A stretch of DNA of 55,372 bases, the filler included, from Sphacelaria rigidula (taxonomy: Eukaryota), in NCBI GenBank assembly GCA_964200075.2. It is 6 parts of 6 records of this genome, joined end to end, with 100 filler letters (N's around TTAATTAATTAA, not from the genome) between each part and the next. Parts side by side here need not be neighbours in the genome. Positions count along the whole stretch, not along the records: positions 18,493 to 27,637 come from CAXNAA020009187.1; positions 27,738 to 36,882 come from CAXNAA020009188.1; positions 36,983 to 46,127 come from CAXNAA020009189.1; 3 more parts are not named here. One strand, written 5' to 3'. The notes under the pieces were generated by a model. The model did no database searches. It was not told the origin of the DNA and saw nothing but the letters and a program-made list of their open reading frames with translations. The position numbers and the translations under genes were made by a program. Shown here piece after piece: positions 25,172 to 38,120 of this stretch; positions within the stretch are counted from its first letter, which is position 1, and the number at the start of each line of letters is the position of its first letter.

Positions 25172-26761
25172 CTGCGGTGTCTCCGTCTCCCTCACCGTTT
25201 CCTCGTCGTGGTATACCATGTCCTCGAGGATTATAATATGTCGTCCACGCTGAATCGCACGAGTAATACCTTGAGCGCCGCAGCGAAAAATATATTGAAC
25301 AACAGCGGGGACAGCACACAGCCTTGCCGTAGGCCTTGAGTAATTTCGAACCACTCTGAGAGTTCCCCATTGTCCATGCGTACGCAGGCCTTCATGCCAT
25401 CGTGGAATTGGCGGATCACTGCTATCATCTCATCCGGAATCCCAGCTCGGGCAAGCAGCTGCCGTAGGAGCTCTTTGTTTACCGAATCGTAGGCCTTTTG
25501 GAGATCGACGAAGCAGATGTACCGTGGTATTTTCCGTCGTCGTCCCAGGTCTTGGAGTCGGCGCACTACGAACAGCACGCGACGGTGGATCGATCCGGTC
25601 TGAACCCGCACTGTTCCTCCGGCAGTATCCCGTGTGCTTCGCAATATTCGCTGAGGCGGTTGGCCACTATCTTCAGGAGCACTTTCCCTGCGTGCGATAC
25701 TAGCGAGATTCCCCGATAGTTGTTGCAGTTGGAGCGGTCGGATTTTTTGTGGGGCACTATGATGGTGGCGTCCTTCCACTCCTGCGGGACCTCACCTCCG
25801 TTCCACACCTTGACGAGAATGGCATGGAATCGATCGATAACGATGGGCTCGGCTCGATCGTCGATCTTGAGCAGTTCCACCGGAAGGGAGTCGTGTCCCG
25901 GCGATTTTCAATTCTGCATCCCTCTAACTGCTCGGATGGTCTCCTCCAGCGTTGGTGCTGATCCAAGTGGTATCGAGTCTCTGGTGGGTAGTGCTGTCGG
26001 TCGCTGCTGCACTTCCTCGATGATGGTTGGGTCCAGATTTGGCGATTTTGTGTTCAGCAGGGTTCGGAAGAACCTCGCCCATCGCTTCAGGATCTCGACG
26101 GGGTTTCTCAGTAGGACTCCGTTCTCGTCTTTTATAAACTGCTGCCCCCCTGTCTGTCTTCCGTCGAGACCTACCGAGCCCTTGAGGTGTTGGTAGAGGC
26201 GTCGTATGTCGCGGTCCTTGTAGATCGATTCGAGCCTCGCCACGTACCCTTCCAGGTGTGCATGGACGCCGTCGTCTATCGCAGTACGTACGCCTTTGCA
26301 CGCGGCTTTGGGTGCTTTCCACGTTGTTGGGGTCCGGTTATCCTTCAACAGGCGCCGTGCCTCCCGTCGGCGGGCAAGCGCTGCCTCCACTGATGCTCTC
26401 GTCTCGGGGTTTTCGCACCATTCCGATATACGTGGTATTCGTGTCTCTGCCGGGAGTACGGTTTGTGCTGCTTCGAGGATAGCTTCGGTGAAGCCCCTCG
26501 CGGCCTCCGGTGCGGAGGGGGGAGGCTGGTATGCTCGCTCTCCCAGGTTGCTTGTTTGGTTTCGCCCTTGGCGACTTCAGTCGGTGCATACGCAGCTATG
26601 AAGTTGATCGCCCCGCGATGCCCTGAGATTTCAAACCGCATTGCCATGAGGCGCTCGTCAATGTACTCAGTGGTGTAGGTGGCGTTGTTGCAAATCGACT
26701 CTTTGATGGCTAACCCCACACCTAGTTGCCCACCTGATTCGCTTCCGCAACAGAAGACACT
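25172..26761 (-). mobile_element. Non-LTR retrotransposon (RTE-like LINE) fragment: APE endonuclease + RT, degenerate
   Basis: APE-type GVGLAIKES...ERLMAMRF...IAAYAPTE and RT-type [15 protein letters not shown]...[11 protein letters not shown]...FVDLQKAYDSV...GLRQGCVLSPLLFNIFF. It has frameshifts and an internal deletion, and is truncated before the YADD motif. Confidence 0.93.
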
Positions 26762-27574
26762 GGGGGGGGGGAATAGTATCTGTTCATTCTACCACAATCT
26801 ATCGGCCCTGGCACTTTCTAATTTCTATCGAAGAGTAATCGCGGGAAAAAACCCTTCTAAACAAAAAATAGTTCAGGTGCTCAGTACTATACGGCGTGCA
26901 AGATGACCTGTGAGAGTACCCTTTTTCGTCAACAAACCAGGATATATTTTATGGCAACGAATGCCGATTTTTTGGAGACCCCGATTTCTTCAACTTTGGC
27001 GGGACTCGAATTTGCGACCTCAAAATCGGGGGCACCGTTTTATGGTACAGACAGCATCACAGATTTGTGAAACAGTTCTGTACACATACGGTCATGTTCT
27101 GCATGAGTGTATTACCGCGTACTTGTGCATGAAGCCGGAGAGCAGGCAGACGGTGAATAATCCTTCGAGTACAGTGTCGTACCTTGGTACCCCAGAGGTA
27201 AATGTCCCAATTAAGGTACGATTAAGGCACCTGCCGGGAAAAGCTCTGTTTCATGGAAACCATTGCACGTAGAACAATGCCTGTGGTATCCGGAGATAGA
27301 CAGTACAATCCTCTATGACCGAAGCGTTTCGAAACTAAAAACTGAGTAAACCAATGAAACCAAGTTGCAGCAGTAACGGTCGAGTATGGCTCTATTGACG
27401 TGAAAATGCAGCAAAACTCTCTGTTCCAATCAAGATACACTTCACGTAACAGTTGGTTTCTCGCGACCTGGGACGTTTCAGACCCTTTACTTTGGTACAA
27501 CATGATTATGAGATTAATGCGGCCCGTTTTGGAGGGAAAAAACGGAAAACATTCAATGCGGCAATGAAAACGCC

Positions 27575-27637
27575 TGTGACGGTTTAAGAGACTACCAACT
27601 AGGCTACTGACAAGTCAGCGCTGACTTGTCAGTAGTC
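27575..27637. repeat. Palindromic mini-element, copy 1 (cut by block end)
   Basis: TGTGACGGTT...CTACTGACAAGTCAGCGCTGACTTGTCAGTAG, related to 46228-46307. Confidence 0.8.
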
Positions 27638-28093
27638 NNNNNNNNNNNNNNNNNNNNNNNNNNNNNNNNNNNNNNNNNNNNTTAATTAATTAANNNNNNN
27701 NNNNNNNNNNNNNNNNNNNNNNNNNNNNNNNNNNNNNAACTGCTGCGGACATTTGGGGGGGAAGATGGCTTCGTTCGGTCGTGAGTGTTTCGCGTCATCC
27801 CTGCAAAAATGAAATGCCACTTCAACCTCATGTTCGGGATGGACCCCATTTTTCAGGATCCGCTGTTTGAGGATCGAACAGCTTTGCCCGTAGTTCGAGA
27901 GTTACAAGCTGAACTTTTGACACGCGGTGAATATCATGGACACGCATGCGATTTAGACGCCTTCGTTCTCAGGATCGAAGCCCCACTATGAGCCCTCTAT
28001 CCCAATGTCGGAAGTGCCCCTCCAGAACTCGGGATTGAACGAAGAGAAATCGTCACCACTCCCACGCCCACCGTCACAGTCAGGTCACTATAA

Positions 28094-28389
28094 ATATACA
28101 TGGGCGGCCATTTGGCTAGGCCCAAAATTCGTCCAGGTCGGTCAACGTTCTTAGCCTTCAGAGGAATTAAACGCCTTCGGAGGCTTGTTTTTGCCTCTGA
28201 AAGGCCGCGCATCTCTCCGAAGGCATTTTGCTACCCCCAAATCCTCCGGAGGGGAGCGCGGCCCTCCAAGGCAATAGTGTTTAGTTTACTCCAGAGGGAT
28301 TGAAGGCCTGCGGAGGTTTGTATTGCCTCGGAGAGCCGCACACACTCCCGGAGGCATTTTGGGGGGTAGCCAAATGGCCGCGTGTGTAC
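28094..28389. mobile_element. MITE-like element with inverted ends and internal CTCCG(G/A)AGGCATTTT repeats
   Basis: GCGGCCATTTGGCTA..CCCAAAA versus TTTTGGGGGGTAGCCAAATGGCCGC. Confidence 0.55.
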
Positions 28390-28565
28390 CCCAACATGCA
28401 CAGTGAGGTGTCCATCTCAACTGGCATCACAATGACAAGGGATCAGTCGAGAAGAAGCAACGCTTCATCTGCTTGCCGCCGCCGTGGAATCTACATTCGC
28501 TTGGTTGTGTCGCCTGAAATTTGAATGCCCGTTGCCCACAATACATCAGGGAATATGTACGCTTC

Positions 28566-28823
28566 AGAGCAATGCTCCGGTAGGGGTGCACTTTTTTCGC
28601 GATTTTTTGTATGGTTCAGGGACTCCTTACGATTCTAGACACACAAGAATATGGGTCAGGGCATCCCCGTTCGCCGATTTATTCGGGATATCCCCAGCAA
28701 GTTGAAAAAGTAATCCTTGCGTACTCTCACATATTTCACAAGTCGTGTTTTGGATGAGATAAAGGGTTCCTAACATTTCTAACCTCAGAAAATATTTGTG
28801 TACCCCTACTGTAGCATCCCTCT
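28566..28823. mobile_element. MITE family copy 2 (~258 bp)
   Basis: Same TIRs and internal sequence as 15638-15805. Confidence 0.78.
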
Positions 28824-30364
28824 TCATGTAGTGTCGCACGAATCACGGGCACAAACATGAACGAATCATGCGGTTCGTGTACGAATCGTATGGTTGATCC
28901 ATGCAGACGTTGAATATGGAACGATTCACGATTTTATTTGTCCGATCCTAGAAACGTGTACATGCGACAGTTTGTTGCCTTGCATAAACCGCTCCCGGCG
29001 GCGATGGAAGCTCCAAATCCAAATCGCGCAGACAGGAAGTTGATATAAATATTAAAGCACGCCAACCGTCATCAAGGTAACGGTACAATAACAACACAAC
29101 ATGCCGCTTGTCAACTTGTATAAAGCTGGTTTGGCTAACAGAGAGCACAGCATAAAATCGCCGTTTTTTGTGGAATCGATCATTTGTCCCCACCTAAATG
29201 CAAGCCAGGCGTAAAAACCTTCGGCCACTAGAAAACACAATGGTGTCCTGGAACCGTCTCAACGAGCATAGCCACTCATTCAAAGGTGTTAACGTCCGCC
29301 TACCCCCCTATTTGAAGGCGTAAAACGACGAAGAAGGACCGAAAAGGTAGTGTTCCAAGATACTTGTAAACAGTAAAGAGCTATACTTTTTACACGAGGT
29401 GATTTCACCACTTGGGGGGTATTGAAGATAAATCTCGGAAAGTTACGGTTTGTGCAGCCGCTGATGATCATAAAGTTTATTTTCGTACATGAGCCTGATA
29501 TATAGAACAATACGTCTGGCGACATCTGTTCGTCACCAACTGTCACCTCGTTCGTGACAGTTCCGGGACAATTGCCCCGCTTTTCAGCAAGAGCGAGCAC
29601 ACATACCCGACGCACACACGCTCAGTCAATGACACACACGCACCCTCAAGCACACACACACAAAGACACTGCGCAGCATTCCTGCTGCCCCTGGAGGTGC
29701 CAAGTCGCTGCAGTGTACCAGCTTGGAGGAGAAGACCTCACTTGGTATGTACAGTAGTCTGGCTACATGTGCACGCTTTCGAGTACAGTGATAGTTGCGC
29801 AGCACACCTTCCGCTGCTGCAATTGCTCTGCGGGCGATGTAGTACTGAGGGGAGAGCGACACAGTCCGACACAGCTTGAGTGTCTAGTCAAGGCTGCATC
29901 ATCACACCACTGCGAAATTGCGGGCTTATACCCGAAAGAGGTTGGGCATGGGTAGCAGCGATTGTGTGTAGTTAAGTGAATGCCATGCTGTACTGGCGGG
30001 AAATCATACCGTTCTGGCGGGAAACTACGGCGATAACGGAAACTCCGTCCTCCGTGGAGGAGACAGGCTCATTGGCGAGGAATTGGACGGAATGCCTTCG
30101 ACCCGTTTTGTTTTGGTCAACACTCAACACGCGGGCGACAGCGCTCCTCCTTCGGCAGTACGCTCTGTACAATACGACCCTGCGTCGTCTACCACGTTAT
30201 CGTATTGGTCGCAGCTGGATTTGGTTGTTCTGAACCGACACTGGTCGTTCGGGGCACTTCACGCGGCACTCCTGCGTCGCAGGCTGGGGCAAAACACCAA
30301 ACCAGACATACTGCTTCTTATATCGGGGGGACGGGGTGGGCATGGAGGAAGTACGATCGAGCAG

Positions 30365-30735
30365 ACGGTTTATCGGCGGTGATGGTGGCATAGGCAGTCA
30401 CGATAGGAAAGGCGGCGGAGGGGGAGGCGGTGCCGTGGAGTCATGGTTATGCGCAAGGTGCAAGGTGCTGAAGCAGGCATCACTCCATCCTACGAAGCGC
30501 CGTGTGTGCAACCTTCTCAGAGTACCCGGAGAAGGGCATGACCGTGGGGGTATGGGGGGTGGGGGGGTGAAGAGCGGGGGGCAGCGGCGGCAGGAGCGGC
30601 CGCTAGACGGGTTATGAGCGGAGGCGGCAACGGGGACGGAGACGGCAGTGGGGTCGGGCGCAGTGACAGCAGCGGTAGGGGTGGTGGGCATGGGAACCGG
30701 GGCGGCGGCGGTGGCTGCAGCGGCTGGAGGGTGCA
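30365..30735 (+). pseudogene. Possible degenerate Gly-rich exon with a RanBP2-type zinc-finger relic
   Basis: SWLCARCKVLKQASLHPTKRRVCNLLR fits W-x-C-x2-C-x3-N-x(n)-C-x2-C if K and R replaced N and C. GC-rich Gly/Ala codons flank it, with an apparent frameshift in the poly-G near 30555-30568. Confidence 0.3.
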
Positions 30736-32214
30736 TAATTCCATAATCTCTGCGTCCGATGCTTCAGGGGCAAGGCTGAATTGAACTCGTGAATTTACCA
30801 GAGCACTTTACAAGTGTGCGCGCCCTCTGCTTGTACGACGCGATAGACACTATCCGCGGTCAAGGGCCGCTTGGCTTGCCCCGCTGAAAAAGAAACATCA
30901 CAAGCCGCTTTTTGGTTCGCCCAGAGAAGCCCTAAACCGTCGTCCAAGAAGCTGTACGTGAAAGCATCGGTCTGGAGTCGCCTCGAATTTACTCATCCCC
31001 CTGCTTGTGAACCTTTCGTTTCTTGTGCTCCTCGGCACTTGATTCCGTTTCGCCGATTTTGAAAGGCAGGGGGGAAGGGGGTAGAGTATAATTCACGACG
31101 TTGTTGGGACAAAACGTGAGCTTGGTTTTACTTGAATGTTTCTGTGGGATAGAAGCTTGAACACGATCGTCTACGTTTGACCTGAAGTTCTTTTGCGAAA
31201 AATGCCGTTGTTGGTGACATATGTATGGCACAACAAGTAAAACGACAACAAAAAAACAAGTGCAGGATTCGTAATCTCCACCCACCAATTAGCCTATCGT
31301 AAGCGTTTTATTGCATTTGGCTCGGAAATCCCTGAAGCGTCGTGTGAAACGCTACAAGTGAAATATCGGGTCGGGATCGCCTCGAATCATTTTCTTCACC
31401 GCGATTTTTGTGTCTTGTTTTTCTTTTTATGCTCCTTGGCAGTCGATGCTGTGTCGCCGCCCGTTTTATGCGGGGGGACACAGGCGTGACGTTACTTGTT
31501 GATCCAATGACTCCGACCATTTTGACGTTTTGACTTGAATTTTCCATTGCAAGTTAAAGCTCCAACATGACCGTCTTTGCTCGAATGTAGTATACGTTTG
31601 CGGTGCTTCGATCTCTCCGCTTGTACCTGTCATTGTCTCTAACCGAACCTCACCGCTCTGACGTGCTTGTTTGCAGTTACAACCAAGGTAATGTTCGTGG
31701 ATCCCTTCAAACAACTTCAACCACGTTTAATCTCATGTATCGGAGGCAGCGAAGAGTGTTCGAGAATTTCCTTGGGACGCGAGTCTGCAGCGACATCGGT
31801 CGTGGAAGGGTTTTACACGTCGAACGGGTCAGATCGCGCACATGCTTTTGTGGAGGGCGAAGGGCGGAGGGCGCAGAATATGTCGTGGAAATAGTAAACC
31901 ACTGGCTGGTGAGTCGCGTTTTGTTGCCTCTCACGAAGTAATCGCTACAATTTGGGAAATACCGATCCACGAGTACGCATACAAGTGAGAGGTTTGTGTA
32001 ATGCGTGCGACTCTACGGAAACAATTCCGTGCCAGTAACCTTCTCATTTTGACCCCACCCTTGGCATTATCATTGTTATTATTATTATTATTATTTCCGC
32101 ACATTAGTTCGATCTCGCGAACCCGTGGNNNNNNNAAAATAAGAAGAGCGACGCCACGAAAACCGGTGAGAAGTAGCTCCCCCGAGTTCAACGGAGAGAG
32201 AAAAGAAAGAAAAT

Positions 32215-33045
32215 AGTAGTCAGTATTTTCGAACAAGAAGACAAGGCTAACTCAGGAAATTAGAGAGGGATAACGCCACTGAGCACGGTAGGGAAAACTT
32301 GCCGTAAGACTCTGAACGATAGAGTAGGAACGATGCTAGAAGAGGAAGACAAAAACAGCGAGGGGCAAGCAAGTTTTAGACCAAACCGTAGTTGCGTATA
32401 CCATGAGTACACACTACGTAAGATTATTTGAGGTAGGAAAGGAGCTGGGCTGTTTCTTTCTGGACGTACAGAAGGCTTATGACACAGTATGGGGAAATGG
32501 GCTATGGAAAAGTTGTGGGAAACTGGGATCAGAGGGAAGATGCGGAGAACGGTGATGATGACAGAATGTGCCAAAAACGCAAGAATGCTAGGCGGGGAAA
32601 AATCGAAATGCTTTGATATTTTACAGGGAGTTGCACAAGGATGTACGTTGCCACTCTCTCTATTCAAGTTATTTATTGATGACGCGATGATAACAATAGC
32701 AGCAGCAAAGCAACGAGTCGAGGTGGGTGAAGATACGGTATCAGGATTGATGTTCGCGGATGATGTCGTGGGGGTATCAGGAGCACCAGAAGAATTGCAG
32801 AAACAAATAGAGGAGGCGCTAGGATGCACTAGGAAATGGAGAGTGATAGCGGACGTTCACTAATGCGAGGTGCTCGTCAGCAACGAAAATGAGAAAAATC
32901 CGGTGCGGAATTCAAATGGAAGTGGGGAGAAGAGGAACTGCCGATCGTAGAACAGTATACATACCTTCGTGTAGAGATCTCAAGAATCCGTTCTTGGGAT
33001 GCACACATTAATAAAGTGATAGAAAAGGGTAAAGCCCAGGTAAGT
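32215..33045 (+). mobile_element. LINE reverse-transcriptase fragment (second family), degenerate
   Basis: GITPLSTVGK...EGQASFRPNRS...DVQKAYDTVW...QGVAQGCTLP..LFKLFIDD...LMFADDVV, with stops and frameshifts. Confidence 0.9.
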
Positions 33046-33480
33046 AGTTTTCGAGAGTGCGAAAAAGTGAAGGTTCGGAAGTGTTTGAGATCATCAAGCA
33101 TCAAAACATGAAGTGGTATCTGACAGAAAAATAAAACACGACAGATCAGAACCCGTTCAACGTTGTGGCCAACACTTCAAATATATCACAACTGGGCGTA
33201 CCTATATCGATTTTTTCGACAACTGCATGCATTTCCAGCGCATTGACGTCGGGAGCGTACGTATACAATTTCGGGTCGAAGCTCTTTCCGTTGGGCCGCG
33301 CATGCCACTTTTTTTCGTGAAGGCGGTGCACCCCGTGGTCCACCTCGTATAAGAAGCTTCCATGAGGGTGGAACGTCTCACAAAAGGTCCAAGGACATTT
33401 ATCACGTGTCGAAAAATAATTTTGTCGAGAACTACTTTTTTCGCCCTCCTCCGTCGTTTCACGCCCTCGAAGAGGGCTAG

Positions 33481-36023
33481 TGTTATGGAAACGTTAGCTC
33501 ATGTCCATGTACTAGTTAATGTTCAGTTCCGTGAAAGAGCACGAGGGCAAGACAGCGGGCGTAGCGGGGGACGGTGCTGCCGCCTGGAATGCCCTCAAGG
33601 AGCGTTGGGGAGACATCCCTACCCCGTCTGAGGAAGGGAGACCTGCAGGTACAGGTGGTGGTTGTGAGTCGGGTAGTAGCTCCGGTGATTCGGGGTCTGG
33701 TTCGGCGTCGCACGGCGAGGGTAGCTCCCGCGGAGGTTCCGCGTCACGTGGTGGGCGTGGTGCTCACGGTGGGCGACGTGCCACGGCATCTCGTGGTGGG
33801 CGGAGTGGTCCTACACCGCAGCGTCCTACTACCCGATCGGCGACACAAGGGCCCAACGCAAGGACTCTCCGCGAATTGGAGAAACTTGGACTACACACGA
33901 TGGGGGAGAGACAGGACATCGCCCCCAAGGACGAGTTCGTGTACTTCGTCCATTGCGCCTATGCGGCGCAAAACGTCCAGCAGAACGTTCCCAGGACATT
34001 CAGGGCAGCCATGGAGCTAGCTGACGCGAAACTATGGCGAGCGGCTACCCGCAAAGAAATTGACAGGTTGGAGGAACTTAGGGGTTTCACGCTGGTTCCG
34101 CGCAAGACCGTTTCTACTGGCTTCAGGATCTACAAGCCCCAATGGGTTTTCAATATCAAACCGACTACAGCCACAAAGCGCGCTTGGTGGTCTCTGGCTT
34201 GGGACAAGTCCCGGGCAAGGACTGCGGTAACACATACGCTCCTGTTAGCCGTCTGCAGAGCGTGCGAATGGTGCTGGCTATCGCCGCGGAGATGGACTGG
34301 GAAGTGGTTCAGATGGACGTGAACACTGCTTTCTTGTACGCTTTTCTCGAGGAAGATCTGCACATGGAAGCAGCGCCTGGGTACGAGAAGATGGACAAGG
34401 ACGGAGTTCCACTCGTCATGAAGTTGCACAAGAGTCTTTACGGACTTGCTCAAAGTCCCGGGAACTGGTTCAAGACCATCGACCCGGAACTCGTCGCTCT
34501 CGGTCTCGTTCCGCTCCAGTCTGACACCTGTGTTTACATATACAGGAAGTACGTAGTCATCATCCTGACTCTCTACGTGGACGTACGTGGACGACCTTCT
34601 CCTCATTGGAGCTGACATCCAGGTCATCGAGAGCATTAAACAGAAGTTGATGAAGCGGTTCAAGATGACGGACATGGGAGACGTTTCACTTGTGCTTGGG
34701 ATGCAGATTACGCGTGACCGCCAGGAGAAGACGATCACGATCAGCCAGGAAAACTACATCAGATCCATCCTGATGAAGTTTGGCATGGCGGACTGCAAGC
34801 CTGTGAGCACCCCCGCTTTCGGAAAGGAGCTGTCCACCAACCAGCCGGAGGAGACTCTTCTCAACGAGGAAGAAACGCAGAGGTTCCAGGCCATAACAGG
34901 CTCGATCATGTACCTAGCCCAGATTACGCGCTACGATGTTATGTACAGCACTTGTCAACTTGCTCGTGCGATGTCTAAACCGTCGAAAGCGCACATGGGT
35001 GCGGTCAAGCACTTGCTCAGGTATCTGGCGGGAACCCTAGATTTTTTCCTGGTCTACAAGACGGGAGGGTTCAAGCTGACAGCCTTCTCTGACTCCAACT
35101 GGGGGAACAACCCCGACAACGGCAAGTCGACATCGTGCTATATCATTATGTTCTGCAAGACTCCCGTAAGTTTCAGGTCGGGTGTTCAAAGTCTTACCGC
35201 AATGTCCACCATGGAGGCGGAGCTGGTGGCTGCAGCGCTGGCCATAAAGGAAGCGATTTTCTGCTCCAATATGCTGATTGAGCTTGGTTTCGGAAAGGAG
35301 CTCGCATCATCACTGATCGCTAGAGCACTTTAGCTTTGAATTTAAGAGTATTCTGATCCATGATATATTATTTGCAGAAAGTATATTAGTGCGTGTACCT
35401 TAGGTACTCGTAGCACGTAGACGGGAATATTATTGGAACGGAATGAAATTAGCGTTTGATTCTCATCGCATTTCTTTTCTTATTTTTTCTTTATTTGTTT
35501 CTTCAATTCGCGGTATGCAGCCGTCAGCATCAGCTCCCCCCAGAGTTCGTTGGTTGATTTCACTGCACTTTCATTGAATGGGAGTGTTATAGAAATGTTA
35601 GCTCATGTCTATGTACTAGTCAATGTTCAGTTCCGTAGCACTGCTGTTGTTGTAGCATAGTACATCTTGTCGGTATAGTACGTGTCGGCTTGTGAGTAAC
35701 GTATGATATGCGGAGGAACTACTTTGCTGTGTTCTATCGCAGAGGTCACTCCAACTCCTCCTTCTCCTTCTCCCTGCTGATCTTACTACTGCCCTGTCTT
35801 CCAAGGCCGTCTCCTGGACTTTAGGGTACTTTGTGGTTCATATCTCTGTGTGTGTTGGCCACCTAAGCGCCACTTTCAACATCATGTATATAACTGTCTC
35901 TGCTACGCAGAAACATCATCCTGCGTCTGTTCGGCTCTCCACTGCCGAGTGTCCCGTACCTCGACTAACCTCGAGAGGCACAGCCTCTGCCACGGTGCCA
36001 AGGTACTAAAGGTTACCAGAATA
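33481..36023 (+). mobile_element. Ty1/copia LTR retrotransposon, internally deleted and inactive
   Basis: The 5' LTR start (33481-33532) matches the 3' LTR start at 35585, which follows purine-rich GAATGGGAG. A gag remnant (DGAAAWNALKERW) is followed by RT (HKARLV, QMDVNTAFL, KSLYGLAQS, YVDD, TDMG) and RNase H (FSDSNWG, STMEAE). The right boundary is tentative and rests on GCTAG at 33476-33480 and 36024-36028. Confidence 0.92.
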
Positions 36024-37437
36024 GCTAGACTGATGTTGACACCATACAATGATCTGCTGTACTGGTTGAAACCGTTCCAGGGCATGTTTTCGTTTCCCGG
36101 TGGTCAGATTGTTTTCCTTGACCGAAATTGCATTTTCAATAACAAACAATTTGGTATTAATTAATTAGGGGGAGAGATGCCAGTTTTTTAGCATCTCTAC
36201 CGTGGCCTGAAACGGGATTTTACGAATTGAGAATTGATTTTTTGTCCTGTGTGTCGCCGATCTGCAGCAATCTCCGTCGTGTATTTTTGCTGCAAGCCAA
36301 GGTGGACTTCATCGCTGCAGAACTACAACCCGCCGATGACCGCATGAAGGATAAAGGGGGTACGGACATTTAATGCTGTTGTTGCCTCCTTTTGACCAAC
36401 TAAAGTTGCGAAGATTTCTTGGCGCCCCTCCTTTGCTTCTCGTGGAGCTAGCTATTCCTGTTTCGTCACGATGTACATGAGGTAGTATCCTCCTTTTCAG
36501 AAGCGCCCTTTCCGTTATATGTTCGATTTTTCTTCTGCTGAAGAGTCATCCTACGATAGGGGGGCGGGTATTTGGTTGCACGAAAAAAAGGCTCATAAGT
36601 GTGTCAGACATCCTTCCACACTTGCGCTTGTATTTGGTTCCAAACGGTGTCAGGCAGTAGGGATGAGCGTTATTGATCCACAACAAGCTTGTTCGAACAA
36701 CCGTTGCTGCTGCTTTCAACAACGATCTGACTCGAAAATTCGAGCAACAAATGGCCCAAAATACCCCCCCCTCCTATGGTAGGATGGCTCTGAAAATTGT
36801 TGTTTGTTGCCGTCATTACTCCCAACAGTGTTTTCGTGAGATTGAGAGTAGATGATACGATTGAGAGTGAAAAGCGGTCAATNNNNNNNNNNNNNNNNNN
36901 NNNNNNNNNNNNNNNNNNNNNNNNNNTTAATTAATTAANNNNNNNNNNNNNNNNNNNNNNNNNNNNNNNNNNNNNNNNNNNNGGGGAGTCCCTCAACAGC
37001 ATTTTGACGCTGCAGTACTAGCAGACCCGCTAGCGTCACAAGCTTAAATCCGTTTCTGGGCTGGCCCAGCTCTTACACATACATGACGATTTGGCTCGAA
37101 AAAAGAACGATATTATTTCTAGTACGAGCTGGGCCAGCCTAGAGGCGGATTTGAAGTTTGCAGGCCCATGCTTTTTTATACATAGAGAGTTGGGCCCTGA
37201 GATCAGGGTGCTGAGTGTATTGGCTACCCAAAGTATCGAATATCTTCGAGTAGCTGCGGGTACAGACTGCCGAAAGCACCGAGTGTCCAAGTACCCTCGG
37301 GTGCTTCAGGGTACCTGGGGTATTGATACCCGACACTACATCAACCTGAAACTCACCTCACCCCAACATTGAACGAATTGAGGGACGAAAAACAAGTAAG
37401 ATGAAAGTGAGAGAACAAGAGGGAAAAACAAAACTTC

Positions 37438-38079
37438 CAAGGGCAGGTCGGGTAGGATCTGTACTATTGAATACTCGCGTGAAATACCCGGGTATTCGCT
37501 CTACACAAGGTGTGGGTAGATACGGTACGGTCTCAAATACTCCACCCAAATATTGGGTAAGCACTCTCAGCTATCCGGGTATAGAATATTACTTAGATAT
37601 GGCTTGAAATACTCGACTCAATTTTCGGGTATATTGCGTCCGACCTCAAGCACCCCACCAGAATTTTGGGCAGATTGAGTACAAGCTCGAATACTCTATC
37701 TAATTTGGGTAAGCACTCTTCGCAATACCTGGGTATAGAATATCACTTGGGTATGACCTCAATACTCTACCAGAAAATTGGGTGGGTTGTGTACGATATC
37801 TAGTACCCCAAATTTAGGGTAGGCTGGGTACGGTTTGCAATATTTCACCAAAATATTAGGTGAGGCCGTGACTTACTTGGCACCTCATTTTTTGACTAAA
37901 ACAAAGTGCGATGCAATTGATTTGAGCGAACTCGTTCATCCCTCGCGAGTTGGGGTCAAAGCGCATTTGCAAGCTTTCGATCGAGAAAAGACAGTGAAAT
38001 TCGTGAAGCGATGCTTGTTTGCATGTCTACAGTATGTACTGTACAGTCTGCGCCATATGAATACAGTGTGCCTGACTGC

Positions 38080-38120
<41 letters not shown>

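Noticed and set aside
33460..33480. Hairpin plus CTAG resembling a Helitron 3' end
   Set aside because: The hairpin abuts CTAG with no spacer, GCTAG is equally explained as the copia TSD, and the related repeat at ~29305-29360 lacks it.
37530..37870. Semi-regular ~35-40-bp repeats resembling a CRISPR-like array
   Set aside because: The units are degenerate, the intervening sequences are themselves repeated, and they sit inside hAT-type TIRs. They are subterminal transposon repeats, and no cas genes are present.
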